A stretch of DNA of 62,563 bases, counting the filler, from Pseudomonadota bacterium (GTDB lineage Bacteria; Desulfobacterota; Desulfobacteria; Desulfobacterales; JBDRRP01), in assembly GCA_043825735.1 (NCBI GenBank). It is 5 parts of 5 records of this genome, joined end to end, with 100 filler letters (N's around TTAATTAATTAA, not from the genome) between each part and the next. Parts side by side here need not be neighbours in the genome. Positions count along the whole stretch, not along the records: positions 1 to 17,015 come from JBDRRP010000074.1; positions 17,116 to 35,683 come from JBDRRP010000077.1; 3 more parts are not named here. One strand, 5' to 3'. Under the pieces are notes generated by a model. It was given only the letters and a program-made list of their open reading frames with translations, ran no database searches and had not been told where the DNA came from. Within the stretch, counting starts at the first letter, position 1. Every line of letters begins with the position of its first letter. The position numbers were made by a program, and so were the translations under genes. Positions 9,708 to 19,401 of this stretch are shown one piece after another.

Positions 9708-11108
9708 ATGTACGATCTGACAATCATCGGCGGCGGACCCGGCGGGTACGTGGCCGCCATCCGGGGGGCCCAACAGGGATTCAAGGTGCTGCTGGCCGAA
9801 AAGGACGCCCTGGGCGGAACCTGCCTCAACCGCGGATGCATTCCGACCAAGAGCCTGGTTTACGACACCCGGCTGCTCCAGGCAGCCCGTTCGGCAGCCG
9901 TTCTGACCGGAAACGACCGGCTCGCCGTGGACCCGGCCAAGCTGCTGGCGCGCAAACGCCAGGTGGTCGGCGGGCTGGTCAACGGCATCGAGTCCCTGAT
10001 GAAAAGCCACGGCGTGGAAGTGTTCCGCGGCTTGGGGCATCTGGCCGGGGCCGGAAAGGTCGTGCTGCGCTCGGAAAGCGGCGAGACCCGGGAGGCGGAC
10101 ACCCGGAACGTTCTGCTGGCCACCGGATCCCGACCGGCGGTACCGCCCTTTATCGCCGTGGACGGCCGTCGGGTGCAGACCACCGACGAGGCCCTGGACA
10201 CCGAAGCGATTCCCGATGCGGTCACCATCATCGGCGGGGGGGTGATCGGTATCGAAATGGCCACCATCTATCTGAACCTGGGTTGCCGGGTGACGATCAT
10301 CGAACTGATCGAGGATATTCTGGCCACCGAGGACCGGGATGTGCGTGCGGTCGTGGGCCGCCTGCTCAAACAGCGCGGGGCGGTTCTGCACGTGCAGTCG
10401 CGGGTCGAGGCCGTCCACGTCACAGGGAACCGCACCGAGGTGGTCTTTGCCGACGCCCATGACCGTCGGCAGACCGCGGCCGGCGACCGGGTGCTGGTGG
10501 CAACCGGTCGGGCGCCGGTTCTGACCGGGATCGACGCTCCGGGGCTTGGCCTGGCCATGGATGGCCGGTTTGTGCGGGTCGATTCCCATCTGCAAACCAA
10601 CCTGACAGGCGTCTATGCCGTCGGGGACCTGGTGGGCGGCCTCATGCTGGCCCACAAGGCCTCGGCTGAGGCCGAGACCGCGGTGGAGCACATGGCCGGC
10701 GTGCACGGTCCGAGCGGCCCGCGCCCCATTCCGCGGTGCATCTGGGGCCCGACGGAAATCGGCGCCGTGGGCATGAGCGAGGACGAAGCTCGCGCCGCCG
10801 GCCGGCCGGTCCGGTTGGGCCGGTTTCACCTGGCGGCCAGCGGGGCGGCCCAGACCATGGGACACCCGGTCGGCTTCGCCAAAGTCGTCGGGGATGCGGA
10901 TACCGGCGAGGTGCTGGGGGTGCATATCGTGGGCGAACATGCCACCGAACTGGTCGGCCAGGCGGTGGCGGTCATGACCATGGAAGGGGTTGTGGAAGAT
11001 CTGGCCCGGGCCGTCATGCCCCATCCGACACTGAGCGAGACCCTCATGGAAGCGGCTATGGACTGGAACGGGCTGGCCGTCCACGCCCCGAAAAAGCCGA
11101 GGAGATAG
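9708..11108 (+). CDS. lpdA: Dihydrolipoamide dehydrogenase E3
   Basis: GGGPGGY, GGTCLNRGCIPTK, GGGVIG, HPTLSE. Confidence 0.93.
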   Translation: MYDLTIIGGGPGGYVAAIRGAQQGFKVLLAEKDALGGTCLNRGCIPTKSLVYDTRLLQAARSAAVLTGNDRLAVDPAKLLARKRQVVGGLVNGIESLMKSHGVEVFRGLGHLAGAGKVVLRSESGETREADTRNVLLATGSRPAVPPFIAVDGRRVQTTDEALDTEAIPDAVTIIGGGVIGIEMATIYLNLGCRVTIIELIEDILATEDRDVRAVVGRLLKQRGAVLHVQSRVEAVHVTGNRTEVVFADAHDRRQTAAGDRVLVATGRAPVLTGIDAPGLGLAMDGRFVRVDSHLQTNLTGVYAVGDLVGGLMLAHKASAEAETAVEHMAGVHGPSGPRPIPRCIWGPTEIGAVGMSEDEARAAGRPVRLGRFHLAASGAAQTMGHPVGFAKVVGDADTGEVLGVHIVGEHATELVGQAVAVMTMEGVVEDLARAVMPHPTLSETLMEAAMDWNGLAVHAPKKPRR

Positions 11109-11113
11109 GATCC

Positions 11114-11983
11114 ATGGAACTTCTATCGGTCATTCCCATTCAGTTTCTTCACGGCTTGGTCTACGGGATGCTGCTGTTTCTGGTGGCCTCGGGCCTGACC
11201 CTCATTTTTGGAATGATGGGGGTGCTCAATTTTGCCCACGGCGCCCTTTACATGCTCGGGGCCTATTTTTCCTACAGCATCCTGCGCTGGACCGGGCAGT
11301 TCTGGCTGAGCATGATCGTGGCCCCCGTGCTGGTGGGCGCCATGGGCATCCTGATCGAACGGTTCCTGCTGCGCAAGGTGCACCGGTTCGGCCACGCCCA
11401 CGAACTGCTGCTCACCTTCGGACTGGCCTACATCATCGAGGAACTGGTCAAGTGGATCTGGGGCAATCAACCGCTGCACGTGGAAATCCCGGCGATGCTC
11501 TCCGGTTCGATCCAGTTTCTGGACATCACCTATCCCACCTATCGGCTGTTCATCCTGTTGATCTCTGTGGCCGTGTTCACTGTACTCTTTCTGATCCTTT
11601 ACAAAACCCGGGCCGGGATCATCGTCACGGCCGCCGTCACCCGGTCCGAGATGGTCAACGCCCTGGGAATCAACGTGCCGCTGGTCTTCATGCTCCTGTT
11701 CGGCGTGGGCGGCGCCCTGGCCGGCTTGGCCGGGGTGATCGGCGGGCCCTACCTGATCACCAATCCGGGCATGGCCGCCACCATCATCATCGACCTGTTC
11801 GTGGTCATTGTCGTGGGCGGGATGGGATCGCTGCAAGGCGCCCTGCTGGCCTCGTTTCTGATCGGAGAACTCCAGTCGTTCGGCATCCTGCTGGTGCCCC
11901 AGATGGCCGTCGCGCTGGAGTTTCTGCTCATGGCCGTGGTGCTCATCGTCAAACCCGAAGGACTGCTGGGAGATAAAGCCTGA
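11114..11983 (+). CDS. Branched-chain amino acid-type ABC transporter permease (LivH-like)
   Basis: GLTLIFG..GVLNFAHG, GGMGSL.G, KPEGLLG. Confidence 0.9.
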   Translation: MELLSVIPIQFLHGLVYGMLLFLVASGLTLIFGMMGVLNFAHGALYMLGAYFSYSILRWTGQFWLSMIVAPVLVGAMGILIERFLLRKVHRFGHAHELLLTFGLAYIIEELVKWIWGNQPLHVEIPAMLSGSIQFLDITYPTYRLFILLISVAVFTVLFLILYKTRAGIIVTAAVTRSEMVNALGINVPLVFMLLFGVGGALAGLAGVIGGPYLITNPGMAATIIIDLFVVIVVGGMGSLQGALLASFLIGELQSFGILLVPQMAVALEFLLMAVVLIVKPEGLLGDKA

Positions 11984-12957
11984 TGCGCGGGTCCCGTTTC
12001 GGATGGATAAGGATCGCTTTGGTCATCCTGGTGCTGCTGGTGCTGCCGAAGCTCATTTCCGAGTATCGGTTGAACCTGGTGATCACCATGATGATCTATT
12101 CGATCTTTGCCTTGAGCTACAATCTGCTCTTCGGACAGGGGGGGCTGCTCTCCTTCGGCCACGCGGCCTATTTCGGCTTCGGGGCTTACGCCACCGTGAT
12201 CCTGGTCAAACAACTCGCCATGCCCCTGCCGCTGGGGATCCTGCTGGGAGGCCTGGCCGGGGCCTTTCTGGGACTGGCCTTCGGTGTGTTCGTGGTGCGC
12301 ATGCGCGGGGTTCCCTTCGCGCTGCTCACCCTAGCCTTCAACCAGCTGATTTACGTGACCGCCGAGAAATGGCGGGCGGTCACCGGTGGAGAGGACGGGA
12401 TCGCCTTCATACGGCCCAACCTGAATCTGGGCGGATGGGAAATCGATCTGTGGGGGACCCTCAACTGGTACTACTTCGTTCTGCTGGTGACCTTGATCTG
12501 CGTCGGCTGCCTCTGGTACCTGACCCTGACCCCCCTGGGCCGCCTGAACCTGTGCATGCGTGAAAACGAGGATCGGGCCCGCTTCATCGGGTACAACACC
12601 TACGCCAGCCGGCTGATCATCTATATCCTGTCGGGTTTTTTCGCGGGGGTCGCCGGCGGGCTGGCCGCCGCTTTCCAGGAATTCGTCACCACCACCTTCA
12701 TCAATTTAGACAAGGCCACCGACGTGCTCATGATGACCTTTATCGGCGGCGGGGGAACCTTCTTCGGCCCGGTGATCGGCAGCTGCGCCCTGATCCTGAT
12801 AAACGACCTGCTCAGCACCTGGATGGAGCGTTGGGCCATCGTCCAGGGGCTGCTGTTCATCCTGCTGGTGCTTTACGCCCCCAACGGGTTGTCGGGGCTC
12901 TACCGGAGCATCCGGGAGCGCTGGGCCAAACAGAAGACGGGAGCAACGCAGCCATGA
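11983..12957 (+). CDS. ABC transporter permease (LivM-like)
   Basis: SFGHAAYFG, TGGEDG, RENE..A..IG, GG.GT..GP. Confidence 0.9.
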   Translation: MRGSRFGWIRIALVILVLLVLPKLISEYRLNLVITMMIYSIFALSYNLLFGQGGLLSFGHAAYFGFGAYATVILVKQLAMPLPLGILLGGLAGAFLGLAFGVFVVRMRGVPFALLTLAFNQLIYVTAEKWRAVTGGEDGIAFIRPNLNLGGWEIDLWGTLNWYYFVLLVTLICVGCLWYLTLTPLGRLNLCMRENEDRARFIGYNTYASRLIIYILSGFFAGVAGGLAAAFQEFVTTTFINLDKATDVLMMTFIGGGGTFFGPVIGSCALILINDLLSTWMERWAIVQGLLFILLVLYAPNGLSGLYRSIRERWAKQKTGATQP

Positions 12958-13715
12958 GCACAGCGGGTGTTCTGCTCGACATTCAGGGGCTGTTCAAGGA
13001 TTTCCGGGGGGTGGAGGTGATCAAGGACTTGACCCTCTGCGTTCGAGAGGGCGAACGGCATGCCATCATCGGACCCAATGGAGCGGGGAAGACCACCTTG
13101 TTCAACCTGATCACCGGCCGCTACACGCCGAGCCGGGGATCCATCCTCTTCAAGGGCCGGCGCATCTCCGGAATGGCGCCCCATCGGATCAACCGGATGG
13201 GCGTTTCCCGGTCGTTCCAGATCACCAATATTTTTCCCGGCCTGAGCGTGTTCGAAAACATCCGTTCGGCCATCCTGTCCAAGAAGGGGATCCGCTGGTC
13301 CTTCAGCCGCCGGGTGAGCCGGATGGCGGAGGTCAACCGGGAAACCCTCGAGATCCTGGCATTGATCGGACTCGACGCGCAGCGCCATCTGCTGGCCGGT
13401 TCCCTCGACTACGGGGCCCAACGGGCCATGGAAATCGGCATTTCCATGGCCACCGACCCGGAACTGATCATGCTCGACGAACCCACCGCGGGCATGTCCA
13501 TCGAGGAAACCCGGGGCATCGTCTCCCTGGTGGACCGGACCACCCGGGGAAAGGCTCTGATGATCATTGAGCACGACATGGACGTGGTCTTCTCCCTGGC
13601 CGACACCATAACGGTCATCCACTACGGAACCGTGCTGGCGTCCGGCCCCCCGGACGCCATCCGCAACGATACCAGGGTCCAGGAGGCATATCTGGGCGAG
13701 GGCAAGCCATGCTAG
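12954..13715 (+). CDS. ABC transporter ATP-binding protein (LivG-like)
   Basis: GPNGAGKTT, SRSFQ, LDEPTAG, IEHDM, EAYLG. Confidence 0.9.
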   Translation: MSTAGVLLDIQGLFKDFRGVEVIKDLTLCVREGERHAIIGPNGAGKTTLFNLITGRYTPSRGSILFKGRRISGMAPHRINRMGVSRSFQITNIFPGLSVFENIRSAILSKKGIRWSFSRRVSRMAEVNRETLEILALIGLDAQRHLLAGSLDYGAQRAMEIGISMATDPELIMLDEPTAGMSIEETRGIVSLVDRTTRGKALMIIEHDMDVVFSLADTITVIHYGTVLASGPPDAIRNDTRVQEAYLGEGKPC

Positions 13716-14422
13716 AACTGAACGGCGTCAACACCTACTACGGCAACAGCCACGTGCTTCACGACGTGTCGCTCCGGCTCGAAGCCGGGGAGACCGTGGC
13801 GCTGCTGGGCCGAAACGGGGTCGGCAAGACCACCACCATGCGTACGATCATGGGCTTGACTCCGGCCCGGCGGGGACAGATCCGCTTCAAGGGAACGGAC
13901 ATCGTCCGCTGGAAACCTTACCAGGTCGCCCGGGCCGGCATCGGTTTCGTTCCCGAGGAGCGGTGGATATTTCCCTCGCTGACCGTTCATCAGAACCTGC
14001 TGATCGGGCTCAAGAGCGAGGCCGATGCCCACACCCAAGGGCCCGGGCTCTGGACCCTGGAGCGGTGCTACGAGGCGTTTCCGCTCCTCAAGAAGCGACA
14101 GCACGCCAAGGGGCGGACCCTGTCCGGGGGCGAGCAGCAGATGCTCGCCATCGCCCGGACGCTGGTGGGAAACCCGGAGCTGATCCTCATCGACGAGCCC
14201 ACCGAAGGTCTGGCCCCCAAGATCGTCGACATGGTGGCCGGGATCATTCGGGACATCGGCCGCCAGGGCATGACCGTGCTGCTGGTGGAGCAGAAGCTTT
14301 CCATCGTCATGGAACTGGCCGAGCGGATCTACGTCATCAGCAAGGGGATGATCCAGTGGCACGGCACCCCCGGCGAACTGCGCAACAACGAGGCCATTCG
14401 CAAATCCTATCTGGAGGTCTGA
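13709..14422 (+). CDS. ABC transporter ATP-binding protein (LivF-like)
   Basis: GRNGVGKTT, LSGGEQQML, DEPTEGLAP, VEQ. Confidence 0.9.
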   Translation: MLELNGVNTYYGNSHVLHDVSLRLEAGETVALLGRNGVGKTTTMRTIMGLTPARRGQIRFKGTDIVRWKPYQVARAGIGFVPEERWIFPSLTVHQNLLIGLKSEADAHTQGPGLWTLERCYEAFPLLKKRQHAKGRTLSGGEQQMLAIARTLVGNPELILIDEPTEGLAPKIVDMVAGIIRDIGRQGMTVLLVEQKLSIVMELAERIYVISKGMIQWHGTPGELRNNEAIRKSYLEV

Positions 14423-14497
14423 CCCGGGGCGCCACCCCATCGGAAGGTGAAGCCGGGCAGCGATACAAAACCATGCAACAGTAGAAGGGAGGAAATG

Positions 14498-15712
14498 ATG
14501 AAACGAACGATATTTGGCGGCATTGTTGGCATGATGGGCATTTGTCTTCTTCTGGGCACCGTGGTCTGGAGCGCGGATACGGTCAATTTCGGGGTCTGCG
14601 AGATTCGCTCCGGCGCGTTCAAGGACAATGGGGACCGGACCATCTGGGGCATCGAGGCCGCGGTGAACGAGGCCAACAGCAAGGGCGGCCTGCTCGGAAA
14701 GAAGATCGAGCTGGTGATCGAGGACAACCAGGGCAAGGGCGAGATCGGCGTCCAGAAGGCCAAGAAACTGGTGATGCAGGACAACTGCGTGGTGGTGATC
14801 CAGGGATCCTCCAGCGGCGTGGGCGGGGCCATCGGCCAGGCCATGCCCCGGCTCAAGCGGATCTATCTGGACACCAACGCCGAGGCCATGGACATCACCG
14901 GGAAAAATTTCAACCCCTATGTCTTCCGTACGTGCCTGAACGCCGGCATGCACGTCAAGGCCCTGGCCCACTATTTCGGCAAGAAGACCCAGTACCGCAA
15001 GGTGTTTCTGATCAACCAGGATTACTCCTGGGGCTACGACGTGGCCAAATACTATGAAGCGGCCATCAAACAGTTCGCCCCGAACACCCAGGTCGTGGGC
15101 AAGGAATTCCACCAGGTCTTCAACAAGGACTTTGCTCCCTACGTGAGCAAGATCACCGCATCGGGCGCCGACTACGTGATCAGCGGCAACTGGGGTACCG
15201 ACTTGACCCAGCTCGTCGTCCAGAGCCGCAAACTGGGCATGAAGATTCCCATCGGCGCCACCTTCCTGGACGACGACGGGGTGATGAACATCGCCCGGGA
15301 AGCGGCCGAAGGGTGCATCCAGGCCAACATGTACATCCTGGGCATCGATTCGGACAAGGCCCGCGCCTTCGAGGACACGTTCCACAAATACTCCGGCGGC
15401 AAGTGGCCCTCATTCGTGATCATGGAGGCCTACATCGGCACCAAGATGTTCATCGAGGCGGTCCGAAAGGCCGGCTCCTTCGACACCGATAAAATCATCA
15501 AGGCCTTCGAGGGCATGACCTGGGACGGGCCCATCGGACCGATCACCATGCGGCCCGAGGATCACCAGGCCCAGATGCCGGCGGTCATCGCCGAATATGC
15601 GTCCAAGACCAAGTACTATGATTTCCCCTACCTCAAGCCGATCATGACCATCCCGGCCAGCGAGATTTCCGTGAGCCTGGAGGAGAGCGGCTGGAAGCCT
15701 TACAAGGAATAG
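14498..15712 (+). CDS. ABC transporter substrate-binding protein (LivJ/K family)
   Basis: Signal peptide, N.KGGLLGKKIEL...D, KDFAPY, MRPEDHQ; GGAGG RBS. Confidence 0.88.
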   Translation: MKRTIFGGIVGMMGICLLLGTVVWSADTVNFGVCEIRSGAFKDNGDRTIWGIEAAVNEANSKGGLLGKKIELVIEDNQGKGEIGVQKAKKLVMQDNCVVVIQGSSSGVGGAIGQAMPRLKRIYLDTNAEAMDITGKNFNPYVFRTCLNAGMHVKALAHYFGKKTQYRKVFLINQDYSWGYDVAKYYEAAIKQFAPNTQVVGKEFHQVFNKDFAPYVSKITASGADYVISGNWGTDLTQLVVQSRKLGMKIPIGATFLDDDGVMNIAREAAEGCIQANMYILGIDSDKARAFEDTFHKYSGGKWPSFVIMEAYIGTKMFIEAVRKAGSFDTDKIIKAFEGMTWDGPIGPITMRPEDHQAQMPAVIAEYASKTKYYDFPYLKPIMTIPASEISVSLEESGWKPYKE

Positions 15713-15718
15713 TGCGAT

Positions 15719-15760
15719 CCCCGATCCGGATTCCGCCGGAAGGCGGAATCCGGATCGGGG
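15719..15760 (+). terminator. Strong hairpin after the binding-protein gene (mRNA stabiliser or terminator)
   Basis: Perfect 19-bp stem CCCCGATCCGGATTCCGCC / GGCGGAATCCGGATCGGGG with a GGAA loop; no U-tract. Confidence 0.6.
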
Positions 15761-15811
15761 GGCGCCTTCCCGCTTTCGACGAAACGGAGATCCGTCGCAA
15801 GGAGCCATCCC

Positions 15812-16250
15812 ATGGACGCTACCTGGCACCACGTTGCCATATCGGTCAGAGAAATGGAGCCGGCGGTCCGGTTTTACCGGGATCTGCTGGGGTTTACCGT
15901 CGACTGGGACATGGACCACCGCGGCGGCGAGGGGTTTTCCGCGGTGGTGGACATGCCCAGCGCCGCGGCGCACATGGTCATGCTCAAGGGATACGGGATG
16001 CGTATCGAGCTGTTTCACTACTACCAACCCCAAGGGGCCGATGCCCCCCCCCCTGCGCCAGTGCGACTTCGGGCTGACCCATTTCGCTCTGCAGGTGCAG
16101 GGGATCCACGACATCTACCAGCGGCTGGCCGCCGCCGGGGTGCGCTTCAACTGCCCGCCTCAGAACCTGAGGCCCGGCGTCTGGGCCACATACCTGAAGG
16201 ATCCCGAGGGCAACACGGTCGAACTGGTGCAATACGATAAGCAGGGGTGA
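15812..16250 (+). pseudogene. VOC/glyoxalase family protein, frameshifted in a C10 run
   Basis: HHVAISV..FYRDLLG..IELF in one frame and THFALQV..YLKDPEGNTVELVQ in the +1 frame; removing one C at 16044-16053 joins them. Confidence 0.8.
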
Positions 16251-16256
16251 ACACCG

Positions 16257-17003
16257 ATGAAGCTGAGCGGAAAGAAGGCCGTGATCACCGGCGCCGGTGG
16301 GGGGCTGGGGAGCGCCATGGCCCTGGAACTGGCCCGGGAAGGGGCCGATGTAGCCGTTTGGGATATCCGGCTGGCGGCCTCCGAAGAGACGTGCCGGGCT
16401 GTGGAGGGCATGGGGCGCCGTGCCATGTCCATGGCCGTGGACGTCACGGACGAGGCGGCGGTGGGTGCTGCGGTCGCACAGGTCTTGGAGGCCTGGGGGG
16501 TCATCGACATCCTGATCAACAACGCCGGCATCTGCCAGGTGGCCTCCATTGAGGAGACTTCCGCGGCTGACTGGGACCGGGTGCTCGGTGTCAACCTCAA
16601 GGGGACCTTTCTCTGCTGCCGCGCGGTCATGGGCGCCATGAAACGGCAGCGGTCGGGCCGGATCATCAACCTGGGATCGGTGGCCGGAAAGGTGGGCGGC
16701 ATTTCGGTGGGCGCCCACTACTCGGCCTCCAAGGCGGCGGTGATGTGCTTTACCAAGTCCCTGGCCCGGGAACTGGCCCCTTATGGCGTCAACGTCAACG
16801 CCATCGCCCCGGGGGTGATCGAGAGCGACATGACCCGCGGCATCACCGGCGGAGACTGGACCCACTACCTGTCGACCATCCCCCTGGGCCGCATCGGTCG
16901 GGCCGAGGATGTGGGCCGGGTGGCGGTCTTTCTGGCCGGCGGGGACAGCGATTACCTGACCGGCGAGATCATCGACGTCAACGGCGGCCAGTTCATGGAC
17001 TGA
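16257..17003 (+). CDS. Short-chain dehydrogenase/reductase (FabG-like)
   Basis: TGAGGGLG, NNAG, YSASK, VNAIAPG, VNGG. Confidence 0.9.
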   Translation: MKLSGKKAVITGAGGGLGSAMALELAREGADVAVWDIRLAASEETCRAVEGMGRRAMSMAVDVTDEAAVGAAVAQVLEAWGVIDILINNAGICQVASIEETSAADWDRVLGVNLKGTFLCCRAVMGAMKRQRSGRIINLGSVAGKVGGISVGAHYSASKAAVMCFTKSLARELAPYGVNVNAIAPGVIESDMTRGITGGDWTHYLSTIPLGRIGRAEDVGRVAVFLAGGDSDYLTGEIIDVNGGQFMD

Positions 17004-17015
17004 GAACCGGGCGCG

Positions 17016-17115
17016 NNNNNNNNNNNNNNNNNNNNNNNNNNNNNNNNNNNNNNNNNNNNTTAATTAATTAANNNNNNNNNNNNNNNNNNNNNNNNNNNNN
17101 NNNNNNNNNNNNNNN
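17016..17115. other. Artificial contig linker
   Basis: N run with a central TTAATTAATTAA (stop codons in all frames). Confidence 0.98.
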
Positions 17116-18015
17116 GACCTTCATCCGGATTATTTGAGCACCCGGTATGCCGAGCAGCAGGAGGGAATTCTAAAGATCCGGGTCCAGCACCATCACGCCC
17201 ACATTATCAGTGTCATGGCCGAAAACCGGATCGACGGCCCAGTCATCGGACTGGCGCTTGACGGCACCGGTTTCGGAAGCGACGGCAATATTTGGGGAGG
17301 GGAAATTCTGATTGCAGACAGCGAAACATTTACACGAGCCGCGCATTTTGCCTATGTGCCCATGCCCGGTAGTTCCGCCGCCATCAAGGAACCCTGGCGC
17401 ATGGCCGTAAGCTACCTTGATGATGCCTTTGGTGATGAATTCCGGAACCTCGAGCTTCCTTTGCTTAAAGCCATCGATAGCAAAAAGATAACGATCATGG
17501 CGGATCTGATTAAAAAGAGACTCAACGCGCCCCTAACCTCCAGCTTGGGGCGCCTGTTTGACGGTGTCGCCGCCATCGCAGGAATACGATACCGGGTTGC
17601 TTTCGAAGGACAGGCTGCCATGGAGCTGGAAATGCTGGCCGATAACAAAGAAACCGACATTTACGACTACGAATGGACCGTTGCGGACAGGCACATTATT
17701 TTAACCCGGCCGATTATCAAGGGCGTGGTCCAAGACATGCTGCAGGGCGTGCATTCGTCGGTGATCAGCGGCAAGTTCCACCAGACCCTGATCCGGATGT
17801 TTTCCGAACTGTGCGAGGTTATTCGTAAGCAGAGCGGATTGAACCGCGTGCTGCTCAGCGGCGGTGTGTTCCAGAATTCGCTCCTGTTAACCGGGCTGAT
17901 CCGTACCCTCGAACTGAATAAGTTTAAAGTTTTTTCACACACCCAGGTCCCGACCAATGACGGGGGCATCTGCCTCGGTCAGGCCCTGGTTGCAGCCGCA
18001 GTTGCCAAAAAGTAG
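17116..18015 (+). CDS. hypF: Carbamoyltransferase HypF, C-terminal part (truncated by contig start)
   Basis: DLHPDYLST, VQHHHAH, DGTGFG..G.IWGGE, TSSLGRLFD, SGGVFQN, PTNDGGICLGQ. Confidence 0.93.
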   Translation, partial: DLHPDYLSTRYAEQQEGILKIRVQHHHAHIISVMAENRIDGPVIGLALDGTGFGSDGNIWGGEILIADSETFTRAAHFAYVPMPGSSAAIKEPWRMAVSYLDDAFGDEFRNLELPLLKAIDSKKITIMADLIKKRLNAPLTSSLGRLFDGVAAIAGIRYRVAFEGQAAMELEMLADNKETDIYDYEWTVADRHIILTRPIIKGVVQDMLQGVHSSVISGKFHQTLIRMFSELCEVIRKQSGLNRVLLSGGVFQNSLLLTGLIRTLELNKFKVFSHTQVPTNDGGICLGQALVAAAVAKK

Positions 18016-18107
18016 TGATGAGCGAAAACCGGCGATTGCGCTCAAAATACGAATACCAGCACTGTTGGCCGGTTTGAATTTTTAATATTAATTCGGCAAT
18101 TAAACAT

Positions 18108-18189
18108 GTCATTCCGGCCGAAGCGAAGCGGAGAGCCGGAATCCAGAAAACCTATGAAAATACTGGATTCCCGCCTTCGCGGGAATGAC
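18108..18189. repeat. REP/RPE-like palindromic element
   Basis: GTCATTCCGGC...GCCGGAATCCAG-spacer-CTGGATTCCCGCCTTCGCGGGAATGAC: two hairpins within terminal inverted repeats. Confidence 0.7.
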
Positions 18190-18252
18190 GAGACGGTTAA
18201 TTGAAGTTGGTATGTTAAACTGCCAATTTAATAATATACTTGGACAAATACC

Positions 18253-19344
18253 ATGGCCATCAAACATTCGGAAGAATACCGCGACCCCGGGATCTCGCGC
18301 AACATCGCAAAACGGATTGACGCGGCCAGTCGAAAACCGGTCCGTTTGATGGAGGTCTGCGGAACGCATACCGTGGCAATTTTCAAAAGCGGGATCCGGG
18401 AACTTTTGCCAAAGACGATTGCGCTGCTTTCCGGCCCGGGGTGTCCTGTGTGCGTTACCGCCCAGAACGAAATCGACGCTTTTATCGCCCTATCCGGAAT
18501 TGAGGATGTCATTGTAACAACCTTCGGCGATCTTGTGAGGGTCCCGGGAACCGATTCTTCCCTCTATCTGGAACGTGCCAAGGGTCATGATATCCGCATC
18601 GTTTATTCAACGTTTGATGCCCTTGAGATTGCCAGAAAGAACCCCGGAAAAAACATCGTTTTTTTGGGCGTGGGCTTTGAGACCACCGCACCGACAGTCG
18701 CGGCCTCCATCCTGACTGCGCAACAGATGAATATCGACAACTTCTTTGTTTTTTGCGCCCACAAATTGGTCCCGCCGGCCCTGGTCGCTCTATGTGAAGC
18801 CAAGCGCACCAACATCGACGGTTTTGTCCTCCCCGGCCATGTTTCCGTAATAATCGGTACAAAGGCCTATCAGCCTTTTTTCGAACAGTTTCAAGTCCCG
18901 TGTGTCGTGGCGGGATTCGAGCCGGTCGATATCCTGCAAGCCATCCTGACGCTGGTCCAGCAGATCGAAACCGGCAGACCGGAACTTTCCAACGCCTACC
19001 AGCGGGCGGTAACATTTGAGGGCAACCCAAAGGCCCGAAAGATCATGCAGGATGTATTTGAAACTGCGGATGCGAACTGGCGCGGCATCGGGACGATTCC
19101 GGGAAGCGGTCTTAAGATTAGAAGCAAATTTGCTGCCTTTGACGCCCGCAACGTATTCAACGTCATTGTTCCCGAGGCAAAGGAATTCAAGGGCTGTATT
19201 TGCGGCCAAGTTCTCACCGGCATAAGCGTTCCGAGCGACTGTCCGCTCTATAAAAAAGCCTGCACTCCCATGGAACCGGTAGGTCCCTGCATGGTCTCCA
19301 GCGAAGGAACCTGCGCAGCATACTATCGCTACCACGGCACCTGA
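18253..19344 (+). CDS. hypD: Hydrogenase maturation protein HypD
   Basis: MEVCGTHT, GPGCPVCVT, GFETT, PGHVS, GPCMVSSEGTCAAYY. Confidence 0.96.
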   Translation: MAIKHSEEYRDPGISRNIAKRIDAASRKPVRLMEVCGTHTVAIFKSGIRELLPKTIALLSGPGCPVCVTAQNEIDAFIALSGIEDVIVTTFGDLVRVPGTDSSLYLERAKGHDIRIVYSTFDALEIARKNPGKNIVFLGVGFETTAPTVAASILTAQQMNIDNFFVFCAHKLVPPALVALCEAKRTNIDGFVLPGHVSVIIGTKAYQPFFEQFQVPCVVAGFEPVDILQAILTLVQQIETGRPELSNAYQRAVTFEGNPKARKIMQDVFETADANWRGIGTIPGSGLKIRSKFAAFDARNVFNVIVPEAKEFKGCICGQVLTGISVPSDCPLYKKACTPMEPVGPCMVSSEGTCAAYYRYHGT

Positions 19345-19401
19345 TTTGGCCCCGGATTGTCATACCTGAAACAAGTATAGCAAGCCGCCGGGCCATTGCC
19401 T

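Noticed and set aside
6255..15385. Long antisense ORFs (e.g. 6255-7991, 9636-11084, 13712-15385)
   Set aside because: Shadow frames of GC-rich genes with clear motifs on the other strand; no recognisable domains.
17016..17115. TTAATTAATTAA palindrome repeated four times within N runs
   Set aside because: Artificial scaffold linker; it also means gene neighbourhoods across linkers cannot be interpreted.
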